From NCBI GenBank assembly GCA_046759445.1, contig JBHICG010000043.1, positions 1 to 29,469 on the forward strand: a stretch of 29,469 bases of DNA. The letters run 5' to 3'. Origin of the DNA: Candidatus Scalinduaceae bacterium (GTDB taxonomy: Bacteria > Planctomycetota > Brocadiia > Brocadiales > Scalinduaceae). The notes below the pieces were generated by a model. It was not told the DNA's origin. It saw nothing but the letters and a program-made list of their open reading frames with translations, and did not search any database. The first letter of the stretch is position 1. Each line of letters begins with the position of its first letter. Shown piece after piece: positions 18,275 through 27,714 of this stretch. Both the position numbers and the translations under genes were made by a program.

Positions 18275-19624
18275 TTAGTACATATCTAATGAATTACTCT
18301 TTTGATAGTTTTCAAATCTCAGAATTTCACGCCGAAAAGTAAGAGTTACGTTACCAGTAGGACCATTTCTTTGTTTTGCTATATTAAGTTCAACTTCTCC
18401 TGGTTTTTTGTTTTGGTCATAATAATCTTCTCTATGCAACAAAATAATTACGTCGGCATCTTGTTCTATAGAGCCAGATTCTCGAAGATCAGACATCCTA
18501 GGTCTATGTCCTTCACGAGCCTCTACTGAGCGGTTTAGCTGTGAAACGGCAATTACTGGTATTTTTAATTCCCTCGCTAGGGATTTTAAACCTCTTGTGA
18601 TCATAGAAATTTCATTCTGTCTGTTTTCTGCACCTTTTGCCTCCATTAGTTGTAGATAATCAACAATTACCAATTGAACATCATGCTGTGATTTTAGTCG
18701 TCTGGCTTTAGCGCGTAGTTCAAGAATACTAAGTCCTGGAGTATCATCAATGAAAATTGCAGCCTCTGATAATTCACCCATCGCTAATGGGAGTTTTGAC
18801 CATTGGTTATCGTCAAGTTTGCCTGTACGCATCAAATGTGCATTAATCCTTGCATTCGAACACAACATGTTTTGTGCTACTTGCTGAGCCGCCATTTCCA
18901 TGGAAAAAATTAATGTGGGTTTTTTATTCTCGCCGCCACCTATATTTTCGGCAATATTTAATACCATACTTGTTTTCCCCATACTAGGTCTTGCAGCTAT
19001 AACTATTAACTCAGATTTTTGTAGTCCGGATGTTATATCATCAAGATCAAAAAAACCAGTTGATAATCCAGTTATTCTACCTTCTCTATTATTTAAATTT
19101 TCTATATGGTCAAATGTTTCCTTTAGTATTTCGTATATTTTTATAGTTGGAGTAGAAAATTTGCGTTGTGTTATATCGAATATTGTTCTCTCAGCATTAT
19201 CTAAAAGTTCATCAGATTCTAATGAGTCATTATACGCTTCTTGTTGAATTCTTATACAGACAGCTATCAAATCTCTTTTTATTGCCCTTTCTCGAACAAT
19301 CTTTGCATAATATTCTACATTTGAAGCGATTGGAACAGATTCTTCCAATTCCATTAGATATTCAACACCACCAACCTTTTCAAGAAGAGAAAGTTTTTTA
19401 AGTTCGTCTTTCAAAATAACAAGATCAACACCTTTTTGTTTATCATATAAATCTATGATAGTTTGAAATATATGTTGATGAGCAGTTTTGTAAAAACTGT
19501 CTTTATTTAAAATCTGGGCAATAAGATCAATTGAGTCATTATCTATTATCATTGAACCCAAAACACTTATTTCTGCTTCCAAATCAATGGGTTGTAGTTT
19601 TTCTTGTATTAATTCTGTTGGCAT
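18275..19624 (-). CDS. dnaB: Replicative DNA helicase
   Basis: AARPSMGKT, IVDYLQLM, SQLNR, DLRESGSIEQDAD, KQRNGPTG; 449 aa, no intein. Confidence 0.97.
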   Translation of the reverse strand: MPTELIQEKLQPIDLEAEISVLGSMIIDNDSIDLIAQILNKDSFYKTAHQHIFQTIIDLYDKQKGVDLVILKDELKKLSLLEKVGGVEYLMELEESVPIASNVEYYAKIVRERAIKRDLIAVCIRIQQEAYNDSLESDELLDNAERTIFDITQRKFSTPTIKIYEILKETFDHIENLNNREGRITGLSTGFFDLDDITSGLQKSELIVIAARPSMGKTSMVLNIAENIGGGENKKPTLIFSMEMAAQQVAQNMLCSNARINAHLMRTGKLDDNQWSKLPLAMGELSEAAIFIDDTPGLSILELRAKARRLKSQHDVQLVIVDYLQLMEAKGAENRQNEISMITRGLKSLARELKIPVIAVSQLNRSVEAREGHRPRMSDLRESGSIEQDADVIILLHREDYYDQNKKPGEVELNIAKQRNGPTGNVTLTFRREILRFENYQKSNSLDMY

Positions 19625-19720
19625 TTTTTCGAGTTTAATTAATTTACAATGTTAAGATGTGTATTAAATCGGGTAATTCTTGTGGATATTTTTCATCTTT
19701 TCTGGGTTGTTTTGAGAAGA

Positions 19721-20203
19721 CTATTCTGATGGTTCCTTCTGGGGATCTCCTGGTTTTTCTGATTCACTAACAATCCATACTCTGCATTGTGTTTTAATCT
19801 CTGGATGCAGAACCACGGTTACATTATAGAGGTCACATTTTTTGATTGGCGTCTCAAGAATCACCATATTTTCATCCACTTCAAATCCCTTTTCAGAGAG
19901 TACATTGGCAATATGATGAGCGGTTATTGAACCAAAAAGTTTTCCTTCTTTATTTGTTTTAACGGTGATTGTACATGATACATTTGAAATTTCTTTTGCT
20001 AGTGCTTGCAGCTTTTCTATCTCATCTTTTAGCTTTTCCTCTTGTTTTTTTCTTAAAAGCTTTGCTTGCTCAATGCTTCCAGGAGTTGCTATTATCGCAA
20101 ACTTTTTAGGTAAAAGATAATTTCTTGCATAACCATTAGCGACATTCACTATATCACCAATCTTACCTAGTTTTTGAATTTCTTTTACCAGTAATATTCT
20201 CAT
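19721..20203 (-). CDS. rplI: 50S ribosomal protein L9
   Basis: LGKIGDIVNVANGYARNYLLP, GKLFGSIT. Confidence 0.97.
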   Translation of the reverse strand: MRILLVKEIQKLGKIGDIVNVANGYARNYLLPKKFAIIATPGSIEQAKLLRKKQEEKLKDEIEKLQALAKEISNVSCTITVKTNKEGKLFGSITAHHIANVLSEKGFEVDENMVILETPIKKCDLYNVTVVLHPEIKTQCRVWIVSESEKPGDPQKEPSE

Positions 20204-20251
20204 TTTAAAAACTTCTTATTAAAATTGATAAATAAGAAAGCAATATTTGAC

Positions 20252-20530
20252 TTATGCAGTGTAAGGTAATAATGCCATATATCTAGCCCTTTTTAAGGCA
20301 ACCTTTACCAAACCTTGGTGTGCAGTGCAGTTCCCTGATCGCTTCTTTGAAAGCAATCTTCCCTGCCCCCCTATAAGTTTTTGCAGATATTGTGTGTCTT
20401 TATAATCAATGTCCTCTATTCGCCTCCGGCAAAAACGACACTTAGTAGTAAATTCCGCATATTTCTTTTTAGTTTGTTCTGAATATCTATTTTTTGCTTG
20501 GACTAATTTTCTTTTTTTATTCCTTTTCAT
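20252..20530 (-). CDS. rpsR: 30S ribosomal protein S18
   Basis: CRFC..IDYKD, CTAHQ, KRARYMALLPY; GGAG SD. Confidence 0.95.
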   Translation of the reverse strand: MKRNKKRKLVQAKNRYSEQTKKKYAEFTTKCRFCRRRIEDIDYKDTQYLQKLIGGQGRLLSKKRSGNCTAHQGLVKVALKRARYMALLPYTA

Positions 20531-20567
20531 TAAAGTGTTCTCCTTAGAGCTGCCTGTTAATCTGTTT

Positions 20568-20993
20568 CTAAAAAGGTATTTCTTCTTCTCTAATATCAGG
20601 TGGTTCTATAGACGGCTTGTCGTTTATATCGGTTCCTTCAAGGTTTTCTGTACCTCGTTTTGCGGTACCACCAATAAATTGAAAATTTTCCGCAACTACA
20701 CGCAAAGTATTGCGCTTTTGACCGTCTTTTGTTTCCCATTGGTTAAATTGTAAGCGTCCTTCGATAAAGATGGGCTTACCTTTACTAAGAAACTCATTTA
20801 TGACTTCAGCGCGCTTACCAAATGTATTAATGTCTACAAAACATACTTCCTCTCTCTTTTCCCCATTTTGACCTGTCCATGTTCTGTTTACGGCAATCCC
20901 AAAACTGGCAACTGCCGTACCGTTGGGTGTATAACGTAATTCTGGATCTCTAGTAAGATTTCCCATTAAGAAAACCTTGTTAAGATTTGCCAT
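20568..20993 (-). CDS. ssb: Single-stranded DNA-binding protein
   Basis: NKVFLMGNLTRDPELRYTPNG; acidic EEIPF tail. Confidence 0.97.
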   Translation of the reverse strand: MANLNKVFLMGNLTRDPELRYTPNGTAVASFGIAVNRTWTGQNGEKREEVCFVDINTFGKRAEVINEFLSKGKPIFIEGRLQFNQWETKDGQKRNTLRVVAENFQFIGGTAKRGTENLEGTDINDKPSIEPPDIREEEIPF

Positions 20994-21020
20994 ATTTTAT
21001 CTTCTTTATTCTCCGTGTTT

Positions 21021-21374
21021 CTATTCCGATACAACTGGAGCCTGTTCTTTTTCAGGTTGTTCAGTTTCTTCAGGTGTAGGTTCCTTAATTTTTTCTACCT
21101 TAACTATCAAAGTTCTTAAAACATTTTCTGAAAGCTGCAGATCTCTTTTGATAGATGTAATTGAGTCGCCTGGGGCTTTAAAATATGTAAGTAGATAAGT
21201 CCCTCGCTGATGCCCTTTCAGTCTGTATGTAAGTTTCCTCTCATCCCATTTTTCACTTTTAAGGATTTCGCCACCCCTATTTACCAAAACATCATTGACT
21301 TGTTTGACGACGGTATCCCAATCTGAGTTAGCAATAGCACTGTCAATTATGAACATACCTTCATATAATCTCAA
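21021..21374 (-). CDS. rpsF: 30S ribosomal protein S6
   Basis: RLYEGMFII, WDERKLTY, VLRTLI; TTG start with AGGAGG SD. Confidence 0.95.
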   Translation of the reverse strand: MRLYEGMFIIDSAIANSDWDTVVKQVNDVLVNRGGEILKSEKWDERKLTYRLKGHQRGTYLLTYFKAPGDSITSIKRDLQLSENVLRTLIVKVEKIKEPTPEETEQPEKEQAPVVSE

Positions 21375-21388
21375 TTTTATATTTCCTC

Positions 21389-21943
21389 CTAATTAAACAT
21401 GTTCATGCAATTGTTTGTTCCTTTTGTGATCCAAATGTTTACGGCCTTACACGCTTTATCTAAGGCGCCTTCAATAGTGTTAATTTCTTCCTTTGTAAAA
21501 CGTGATAGAACAGTATCACTTATATCCCCTGTAAAACAATTTCCAATACCGATTCTTAATCTTGGGAAACATGTGGTTTGTAAATGATCAGACACTGATT
21601 GCAATCCTTTATGTCCTCCACTGCTTCCTTTTTTCCTTATTTTAATCTTTCCTAATGGGAGGTTAATATCATCTAAAATTGTAAGCATATCATCTAAATT
21701 ATTATCATATATTTCCACAATCTTTTTTACCGGTATCCCACTTGCATTCATAAACGTTTGAGGTTTTACAAAGAGTGTTTTTTCTCCCTCAATATAACAT
21801 TCGCTAATAATAGAATCGTAACGCTTTTTGGCAAGACTTACTTTATGTTCTTTAATGAATTTATCAACTACCATAAACCCTACATTATGTCTAGTCTTTG
21901 CGTATTTTCTACCTGGATTTCCAAGCCCAATAACAATTTTCAT
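21389..21943 (-). CDS. pth: Peptidyl-tRNA hydrolase
   Basis: GLGNPG..YAKTRHNVGF, KPQTFMNASG, GGHKG, RLRIGIG; ATG at 21943 overlaps the rplY TGA. Confidence 0.96.
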   Translation of the reverse strand: MKIVIGLGNPGRKYAKTRHNVGFMVVDKFIKEHKVSLAKKRYDSIISECYIEGEKTLFVKPQTFMNASGIPVKKIVEIYDNNLDDMLTILDDINLPLGKIKIRKKGSSGGHKGLQSVSDHLQTTCFPRLRIGIGNCFTGDISDTVLSRFTKEEINTIEGALDKACKAVNIWITKGTNNCMNMFN

Positions 21944-22581
21944 CAATCCTTATTTTCTGCTTCTTCAACTTCAGCCTCACGAGTAGTTATTACCTCCGGT
22001 TCTGAAACTAATTCTTCTTCTAGCACTTCTTTTTCTTCCACAGCAAAATGGACTGATGCGACAATAGCATCTGGATTTTCCAAAATCTTAATATTGGAAG
22101 GAAGTTCAATATCTTTTATATGAATGGGTTTTCCAATATTCAGTTCTGAAATATCAACGCGTATATTGTTTAGGATTTCAGTTGGAAGACATTCAATCTC
22201 AATCTCTTTCATTGTATGCTCTAAAATACCCCCTTCCTTTACACCAGGCGAAGTTCCGTGCAATACAACGGAAACATGGGTAGTAATTATTTCTGTCAAA
22301 TCAACTCTAATAAAGTCAACGTGCAAAATTTCTTTACCGAAGGTATCGAATTGTACATTTTTTACGAGTGATATTTCCTCAGAACCATCCCATTTTAAAT
22401 TAACCATTTTTGCCCCAGAGTTAAGTATTTTAATGAATTCTTTCCCATTTAGTAAGAGTTTTTGGTTTTCTTGTTTATGTCCATATAATATAGCAGGAAT
22501 TAATCCGGACTTTCTGTAGTTGCGAGCTTTTCGAGAGCCACTATCTTTTTTTATTTCTACCTGTAACGATTTTTTTTCCAT
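21943..22581 (-). CDS. rplY: 50S ribosomal protein L25 / Ctc
   Basis: GLIPAILYG, ILHVDF, GVKEGG; long Ctc form. Confidence 0.95.
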   Translation of the reverse strand: MEKKSLQVEIKKDSGSRKARNYRKSGLIPAILYGHKQENQKLLLNGKEFIKILNSGAKMVNLKWDGSEEISLVKNVQFDTFGKEILHVDFIRVDLTEIITTHVSVVLHGTSPGVKEGGILEHTMKEIEIECLPTEILNNIRVDISELNIGKPIHIKDIELPSNIKILENPDAIVASVHFAVEEKEVLEEELVSEPEVITTREAEVEEAENKD

Positions 22582-22613
22582 TATGACACGTTTAATATAT
22601 ACTCTGAAACTAA

Positions 22614-23600
22614 TTAAATTATGGTTCGATGTTGTAAAAACATTGAACTAATAGAACTGTTAGTATGAGTTCTCTTAATAGCCTCGCCTAAAAGACTTGA
22701 GATAGATAATACCTTAATTTTTGCACCAAGACTTCTGGCATGTTCATTCAAGGGGATAGTGTCTGTTACTGCTATCTCCTTTATTGGTGAACACGCTAAT
22801 TTTTCAGCGGCATTGCTACATAAAACTGGATGTGTAGTTCCCACATATATATCCTTGGCACCCTTTTCCTTTAATATCTTTGCTGCCTGGCATATGGAAC
22901 CACCTGTAGCTATTAGATCATCAATTATCATTGCAGTTTTATCTTTTACATCTCCTATAACAAAACCGACTTCCGTTTCTTCGGGTCCAACTCTTCTTTT
23001 GTCTACCACTGCCAATCTGATATGCAGGGCACTTGAATATGATCTTGCTATCTTTATGCCACCTACATCTGGTGATACCACTACAAGGTCTGGTATTTCT
23101 TTCTTTTTATAATAATTTGCAAGGACAGGGAACGCAAGAAGATGATCCACTGGTATATCAAAAAACCCTTGTATTTGCGCAGCATGTAAATCTATAGTAA
23201 GCAGCCTATCCGCACCGGCTTCAGTTATAAGGTTTGCAATCAGCTTTGCCGTAATTGGCACCCTGCCTTCATCTTTTCTATCTTTTCTGGCATAACCATA
23301 ATACGGTAAAACAGCCGTTATTCTTGCAGAGGATGCCCTTTTAAAACAATCTATTAAGATTAGTAATTCAGCAAGGTTTTCGTTTACGGGTGGACATGTA
23401 GGTTGAATAATAAAAACATCTGCCCCACGAACGTCTTCATTAACCTTTACGTCTATTTCACCATCTGGAAATCTCCCTACATTAGCATTGCCAAGTGGTA
23501 TTGAAAGATATTCGCAAACTTTTTTAGCAAGAGCTAGATTTGCATTCCCAGAAAAAACTTTTATGTTATTTAACGTATCTATACGGTTTTTTTCGTCCAT
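22614..23600 (-). CDS. prs: Ribose-phosphate pyrophosphokinase
   Basis: FPDGE, PYYGYARKDRK, DLHAAQIQGFF, VSPDVGG, DDLIATGGS. Confidence 0.97.
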   Translation of the reverse strand: MDEKNRIDTLNNIKVFSGNANLALAKKVCEYLSIPLGNANVGRFPDGEIDVKVNEDVRGADVFIIQPTCPPVNENLAELLILIDCFKRASSARITAVLPYYGYARKDRKDEGRVPITAKLIANLITEAGADRLLTIDLHAAQIQGFFDIPVDHLLAFPVLANYYKKKEIPDLVVVSPDVGGIKIARSYSSALHIRLAVVDKRRVGPEETEVGFVIGDVKDKTAMIIDDLIATGGSICQAAKILKEKGAKDIYVGTTHPVLCSNAAEKLACSPIKEIAVTDTIPLNEHARSLGAKIKVLSISSLLGEAIKRTHTNSSISSMFLQHRTII

Positions 23601-23615
23601 ACTAAATATTAAGGA

Positions 23616-24051
23616 TTAGAATTTGGCGCTATTATAATATGTTTTTATTCCCGTATGCTCAATATCTACTATTATGGACTTTCTAAGCTAATCAAAAACA
23701 TCATGCACTTTTATTCTGTTATCTGCTACACTTCTATATGCGCCACCGTACAGATAAGCGTTCCTTATACAGAAAAACTAAATATTGGAATGTGCTTCTT
23801 TAAAGCAGTTTCACATTTGTGAATATATTCAAAATTATAGGAGGGATAAAACTTCTTTGCGCCCATGCACTGTACGCTCATAGATATATATAACCCATAA
23901 TCCTATTATTCCATACATCCCAATTGATAAAGCCTCAAGTTCCTAATTGAGCCTTGACTTCAAACCTGTTCCTCATCCACCCCATTAAGTTTTAATACGA
24001 ACACTTTTAACTGCAGGTAACAGTATGACTACAGTTTTCTTACTTGGGCAT
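23616..24051 (-). pseudogene. glmU: Highly decayed glmU-like nucleotidyltransferase remnant
   Basis: Minus-strand fragment KTVVILLPAVKSVRIKT* aligns without gaps to the GlmU signature (..AIILAAGKGTRMKS). Weaker later fragments HGRKEV and LYG. Lies in the conserved glmU position upstream of prs. The 3' boundary is approximate. Confidence 0.55.
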
Positions 24052-24106
24052 TTTTATTATGACGGCCAACAACTATGCCTAAGTCTTTATAGCAAAAAGG
24101 TTTAAG

Positions 24107-24135
24107 GTTATATATTTTCAAGGCTATAATGTCAA
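24107..24135 (-). promoter_or_regulatory. Sigma70 promoter for the (glmU)-prs-rplY operon
   Basis: Minus strand TTGACA-N17-TATAAC. Confidence 0.6.
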
Positions 24136-24382
24136 AGGATGTTATCAAAAAAAAGTATTTAATGCAAGAAAAAACTAATTACCACGAAAAATTGACTAAA
24201 TTATTATTATTTAGGGTAAAGTTAATGTAACATTGTCTTATAGTATTTCGATAGATATGCTTATTTTACTTTTCAAAATGTGAATACAAACTAAAGATGC
24301 TAAATTGCTTTAAAACGGATTATTTGCTCTGTATAATTACTAAAATATTTTTGTCTCGTTTATATTAGGAAAGGAGTAAAAG

Positions 24383-25087
24383 ATGACAATTTTTAGCGAT
24401 ATATTTATGTTTGATATTAGCACTGTATTTGGAAAGTTATTTATTTCTGCGATCTTGGGAGGATTGATAGGGTGGGAAAGAGAAAGACGAGGAAGGCCTG
24501 CGGGACTAAGGACGCACTTATTAGTATGTGTTGGTGTAACCTTGATTATGCTGGTATCAGAACATATTTTTGTTCATTACCAATCTTATAAACAAGATTC
24601 AGTCCTCAGAATAGACCCGGCGAGAATTGCTGCTCAGGTTGTAACGGGTATAGGTTTTTTGGGCGCAGGTACTATTATGAGATTTAAGACAACTGTAAGG
24701 GGTTTGACCACCGCCGCTTCTCTTTGGGTTGTAGCAGCTATTGGCTTGGCAATAGGTAGTGGATTTATTTTGCCTGCTATCTTCACCACCTTTTTAGCAA
24801 TTGTGACCTTAATTTTACTTCCAAGAGTTGAAGATGAAATTAAGACAGACAAATATGGGACACTTAAAATGTTAATTGTTGGACAGGAACATTTCCTGGA
24901 CAGTATAAGGAGTGTTCTGGAAAGATATTCCTTAAGGTTACAAACATATAAATTTGAAAGGGATATGCAAAAAAACGAGATAATGTATGACATAAATGTA
25001 AAATACAAAGATGAAGAGACTTTAATGCTTGCCACAAACGACATGACAAAATCAATCAAAGACATAAAAAAATTATGTTGGGAATGA
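24383..25087 (+). CDS. mgtC: MgtC/SapB family membrane protein
   Basis: IGWERE..PAGLRTH, DPARIAAQVVTGIGFLGAG, GLTTAASLW; C-terminal soluble domain; AAGGAG SD. Confidence 0.93.
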   Translation: MTIFSDIFMFDISTVFGKLFISAILGGLIGWERERRGRPAGLRTHLLVCVGVTLIMLVSEHIFVHYQSYKQDSVLRIDPARIAAQVVTGIGFLGAGTIMRFKTTVRGLTTAASLWVVAAIGLAIGSGFILPAIFTTFLAIVTLILLPRVEDEIKTDKYGTLKMLIVGQEHFLDSIRSVLERYSLRLQTYKFERDMQKNEIMYDINVKYKDEETLMLATNDMTKSIKDIKKLCWE

Positions 25088-25120
25088 TTCCTATTAAAAA
25101 TAAGGAGGCAATAAATTATC

Positions 25121-25633
25121 ATGAAAGGCTTTCTAATATTTCTTATTTTCTGTTTTATACCTTCATTTTTTTTACTGGGTGCTTCAGAACCGCAACAAGT
25201 TATTGAAAAACTGGATTCTCTGGAACGGACTATTTCTGAGTTGTCACTCAGAATCCTTGCTTTAGAGAAAAGGATTATCTCACTTGAAGAAAAAATTTTG
25301 CTGCAGGCTGCCAAAGGAAAAGATCAAACCAGAAAGGTTCCTGAAAACCTTGAACAGTTTGAAGACGATTTTTCCGTCGTAAACGTTACTTACGAAACCG
25401 ATTATAATGATACAATTTTTAAGGGTGATATTTCAAACAGAGCAAATAAGGATTTCAGATATGCCCTTTTCAAAATAAGTGTTTACGATAAAAAGGGTTC
25501 TGTTATAGCAAGTAACGATTTCTATATATTGAATATGGATAGGGGAACAAAGAGATCGTTTGAAGTAAAATTACGTGGCGTTAAGGCAAATGAGTTTGAA
25601 AGGTATACGATTGAATTTAATAAGGGATCTTAA
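25121..25633 (+). CDS. Exported protein with coiled coil and FxLYD-like Ig-fold domain
   Basis: Hydrophobic signal peptide, heptad LERTISELSLRILALEKRIISLE, then G.ISN...FKISVYDKKG; AAGGAGG SD. Confidence 0.7.
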   Translation: MKGFLIFLIFCFIPSFFLLGASEPQQVIEKLDSLERTISELSLRILALEKRIISLEEKILLQAAKGKDQTRKVPENLEQFEDDFSVVNVTYETDYNDTIFKGDISNRANKDFRYALFKISVYDKKGSVIASNDFYILNMDRGTKRSFEVKLRGVKANEFERYTIEFNKGS

Positions 25634-25740
25634 AAGTTTTTTGATTTGATTCCCGTATCGCTTGAAGTTATATTTACTTTTTTTTACTCATATGAGGTTA
25701 AGGTATTGTTAATAATTTTTGCTTCCAAGGAGGGTATTTG

Positions 25741-27669
25741 ATGAAACTTAAACACTTGTTTGAACCAATAGACATAAAAGGTTTTTTGCTGAGAAATCGT
25801 ATTACAATGTCAGCAATGCCAACGGGTTTTAGTTGTACGAAAGGTTATGTTACCAAGAAGATGGTTTCTTATTATGCAAGAAGGGCTAAGGGCGGTGCAT
25901 CGTTAATTGTGGTCGAGGGAGCCGCTGTTGAAGACAGAGGAAAATTATATCTATTACAGCTTTCGGCTAGTGATGAAATATACCTATCAGGTTTGTGCGA
26001 ATTAGCAGAAAGCATTAAGAAAAATGGAGCGCTGGCAGTATTACAGCTTCAACATGGCGGAAGGTTTGCAATGGGCTCAAACCCAGTATCAGCTTCAGAT
26101 GTTTCTTTTTCGTGTCCATGCACTAGAAAGAACATAGTTCCTTCGTCTATGACTGAGGACGACATAAATACAACGATGATGTCATTCACAAATGCAGCCG
26201 TTTTGGCAAAAATGGCAGGTTTTGATATGGTTGAAATTAATGGAGGATATGGGCATCTTTTGAGCCAGTTTCTATCTCCAAAAACAAACAAGAGAGATGA
26301 TAAATATGGTAGCAACCTTCACGGAAGGATGAAGTTTCCTTTAGAGATAATAGAATCAATAAAAGAAGACTTAGGAGAGGACTTTCCTATAGGATATCAA
26401 TTAATGGCAGATGAATTACTTCCTGATGGATTTTCTTTAGATGAGGCAAAGACATTTGCCCGTAAACTTGAGGAAAACGGCGTTGCTTATATTACGGTTA
26501 CTTCCGGGACTCCCGAGTCTTTTTTCAATGGAGAAGGCCTCTTTGCAATGAGGTCTCCTGATGGTGGCACCTCTCAACTGAGTAAGGAGATTAAAGGGGA
26601 AGTGTCTATTCCCGTCTTCGCCACAGGAAAGATAACAAATGTGCAAATGATTGAGGATATTCTTGTTTCAGAAAATGCAGATGCACTGGCGCTTGATAGA
26701 CCGCTATTTTGTGATCCGGATATTGCAATAAAGGCACGTTTAGAAAAAATCCATGAAATAATCGAATGTGTTTCCTGCGCAAATTGTAATGATCGTGTTA
26801 TGAGAGGACTTGACGCTGATTGTACCGTAAACCCGACAGTCGGACGGGAGAGCGACGTAATCAGTGCAAGAGCTCCTATAAAAAGGAAAGTCCTTATCGC
26901 AGGTAGTGGTCCTGGTGGGATTATGGCGGCCCTTACAGCCTCAGAAAGAGGCCATGATGTCACTTTGATAGAGAAGGGGCCAAAGCTTGGAGGACATTTA
27001 AAGGCTGCGCCAAAGGCTCCAGGGAAAAAATCATGGATGACATTCTTAGATTATCTACAAAACCAGCTTAAAGAATCCAGGGTTGATGTTAAAATGGAAT
27101 GTGCGATAGACGAGGAGTACTTAAAAGATAACCTGCCTGACGTGCTCATTATAGCAACTGGAGTTAAGCTCAAGAAAATAACCGTACCTGTTAGTGAAGG
27201 GAGAGAGGTGGATGGGCCAGGTGTTGTATTATTCGGAAAGAAGGAACCTGGTGAAAACAACGTAATCATTGGCGCAGGTTTTATAGGATCAGAGATTGCA
27301 GAATGCATAGCAGAAAAAGGTAAAAACGCAACTCTCATAGAAAAACTCCCTTCAGTGGCACAAGATATGGACGTCGTTAACAGGACAATCTTGCTAAGGA
27401 AACTTGACGAATATGGTGTTCAATTTTGCCTTAACAGTAAACTTGTCGAGATAACTAAAGCTGAGGTAATAATTGAGGACAGCGCTGGAAAGAGGGTGGA
27501 GATCAAAGCAGATTTAGTCATAAATGCAAGTGGTTTTAATCCAGCGAATGATTTCTATCCTAAAGCAAAGGATTTAGTAAGTGAAGTCCATCTTATAGGT
27601 GATGCAAAAATACCGAGAAACATTCATGATGCAGTGCATGAGGGATATCAGATAGGTTTAAATATTTAG
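25741..27669 (+). CDS. NADH:flavin oxidoreductase (OYE / 2,4-dienoyl-CoA reductase-like, FMN + 4Fe-4S + FAD)
   Basis: LRNRITMSAM, RAKGGA, QLQHGGR, SQFLSP..NKRDDKYG, CVSCANC-x11-CTVNP, GSGPGG, GAGFIG, IGDA; AAGGAGG SD. Confidence 0.9.
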   Translation: MKLKHLFEPIDIKGFLLRNRITMSAMPTGFSCTKGYVTKKMVSYYARRAKGGASLIVVEGAAVEDRGKLYLLQLSASDEIYLSGLCELAESIKKNGALAVLQLQHGGRFAMGSNPVSASDVSFSCPCTRKNIVPSSMTEDDINTTMMSFTNAAVLAKMAGFDMVEINGGYGHLLSQFLSPKTNKRDDKYGSNLHGRMKFPLEIIESIKEDLGEDFPIGYQLMADELLPDGFSLDEAKTFARKLEENGVAYITVTSGTPESFFNGEGLFAMRSPDGGTSQLSKEIKGEVSIPVFATGKITNVQMIEDILVSENADALALDRPLFCDPDIAIKARLEKIHEIIECVSCANCNDRVMRGLDADCTVNPTVGRESDVISARAPIKRKVLIAGSGPGGIMAALTASERGHDVTLIEKGPKLGGHLKAAPKAPGKKSWMTFLDYLQNQLKESRVDVKMECAIDEEYLKDNLPDVLIIATGVKLKKITVPVSEGREVDGPGVVLFGKKEPGENNVIIGAGFIGSEIAECIAEKGKNATLIEKLPSVAQDMDVVNRTILLRKLDEYGVQFCLNSKLVEITKAEVIIEDSAGKRVEIKADLVINASGFNPANDFYPKAKDLVSEVHLIGDAKIPRNIHDAVHEGYQIGLNI

Positions 27670-27714
27670 GGTAAATATATTAATATCAGACTATATATTT
27701 GGGGTTTATGACTA

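Noticed and set aside
18275..19624. Possible intein in dnaB
   Set aside because: Normal length with contiguous motifs.
20252..20530. Basic N-terminal extension and Zn ligands in S18
   Set aside because: Common variation among S18 proteins.
24634..25314. 226-aa minus-strand ORF
   Set aside because: Antisense to mgtC and the next gene; no recognisable domain.
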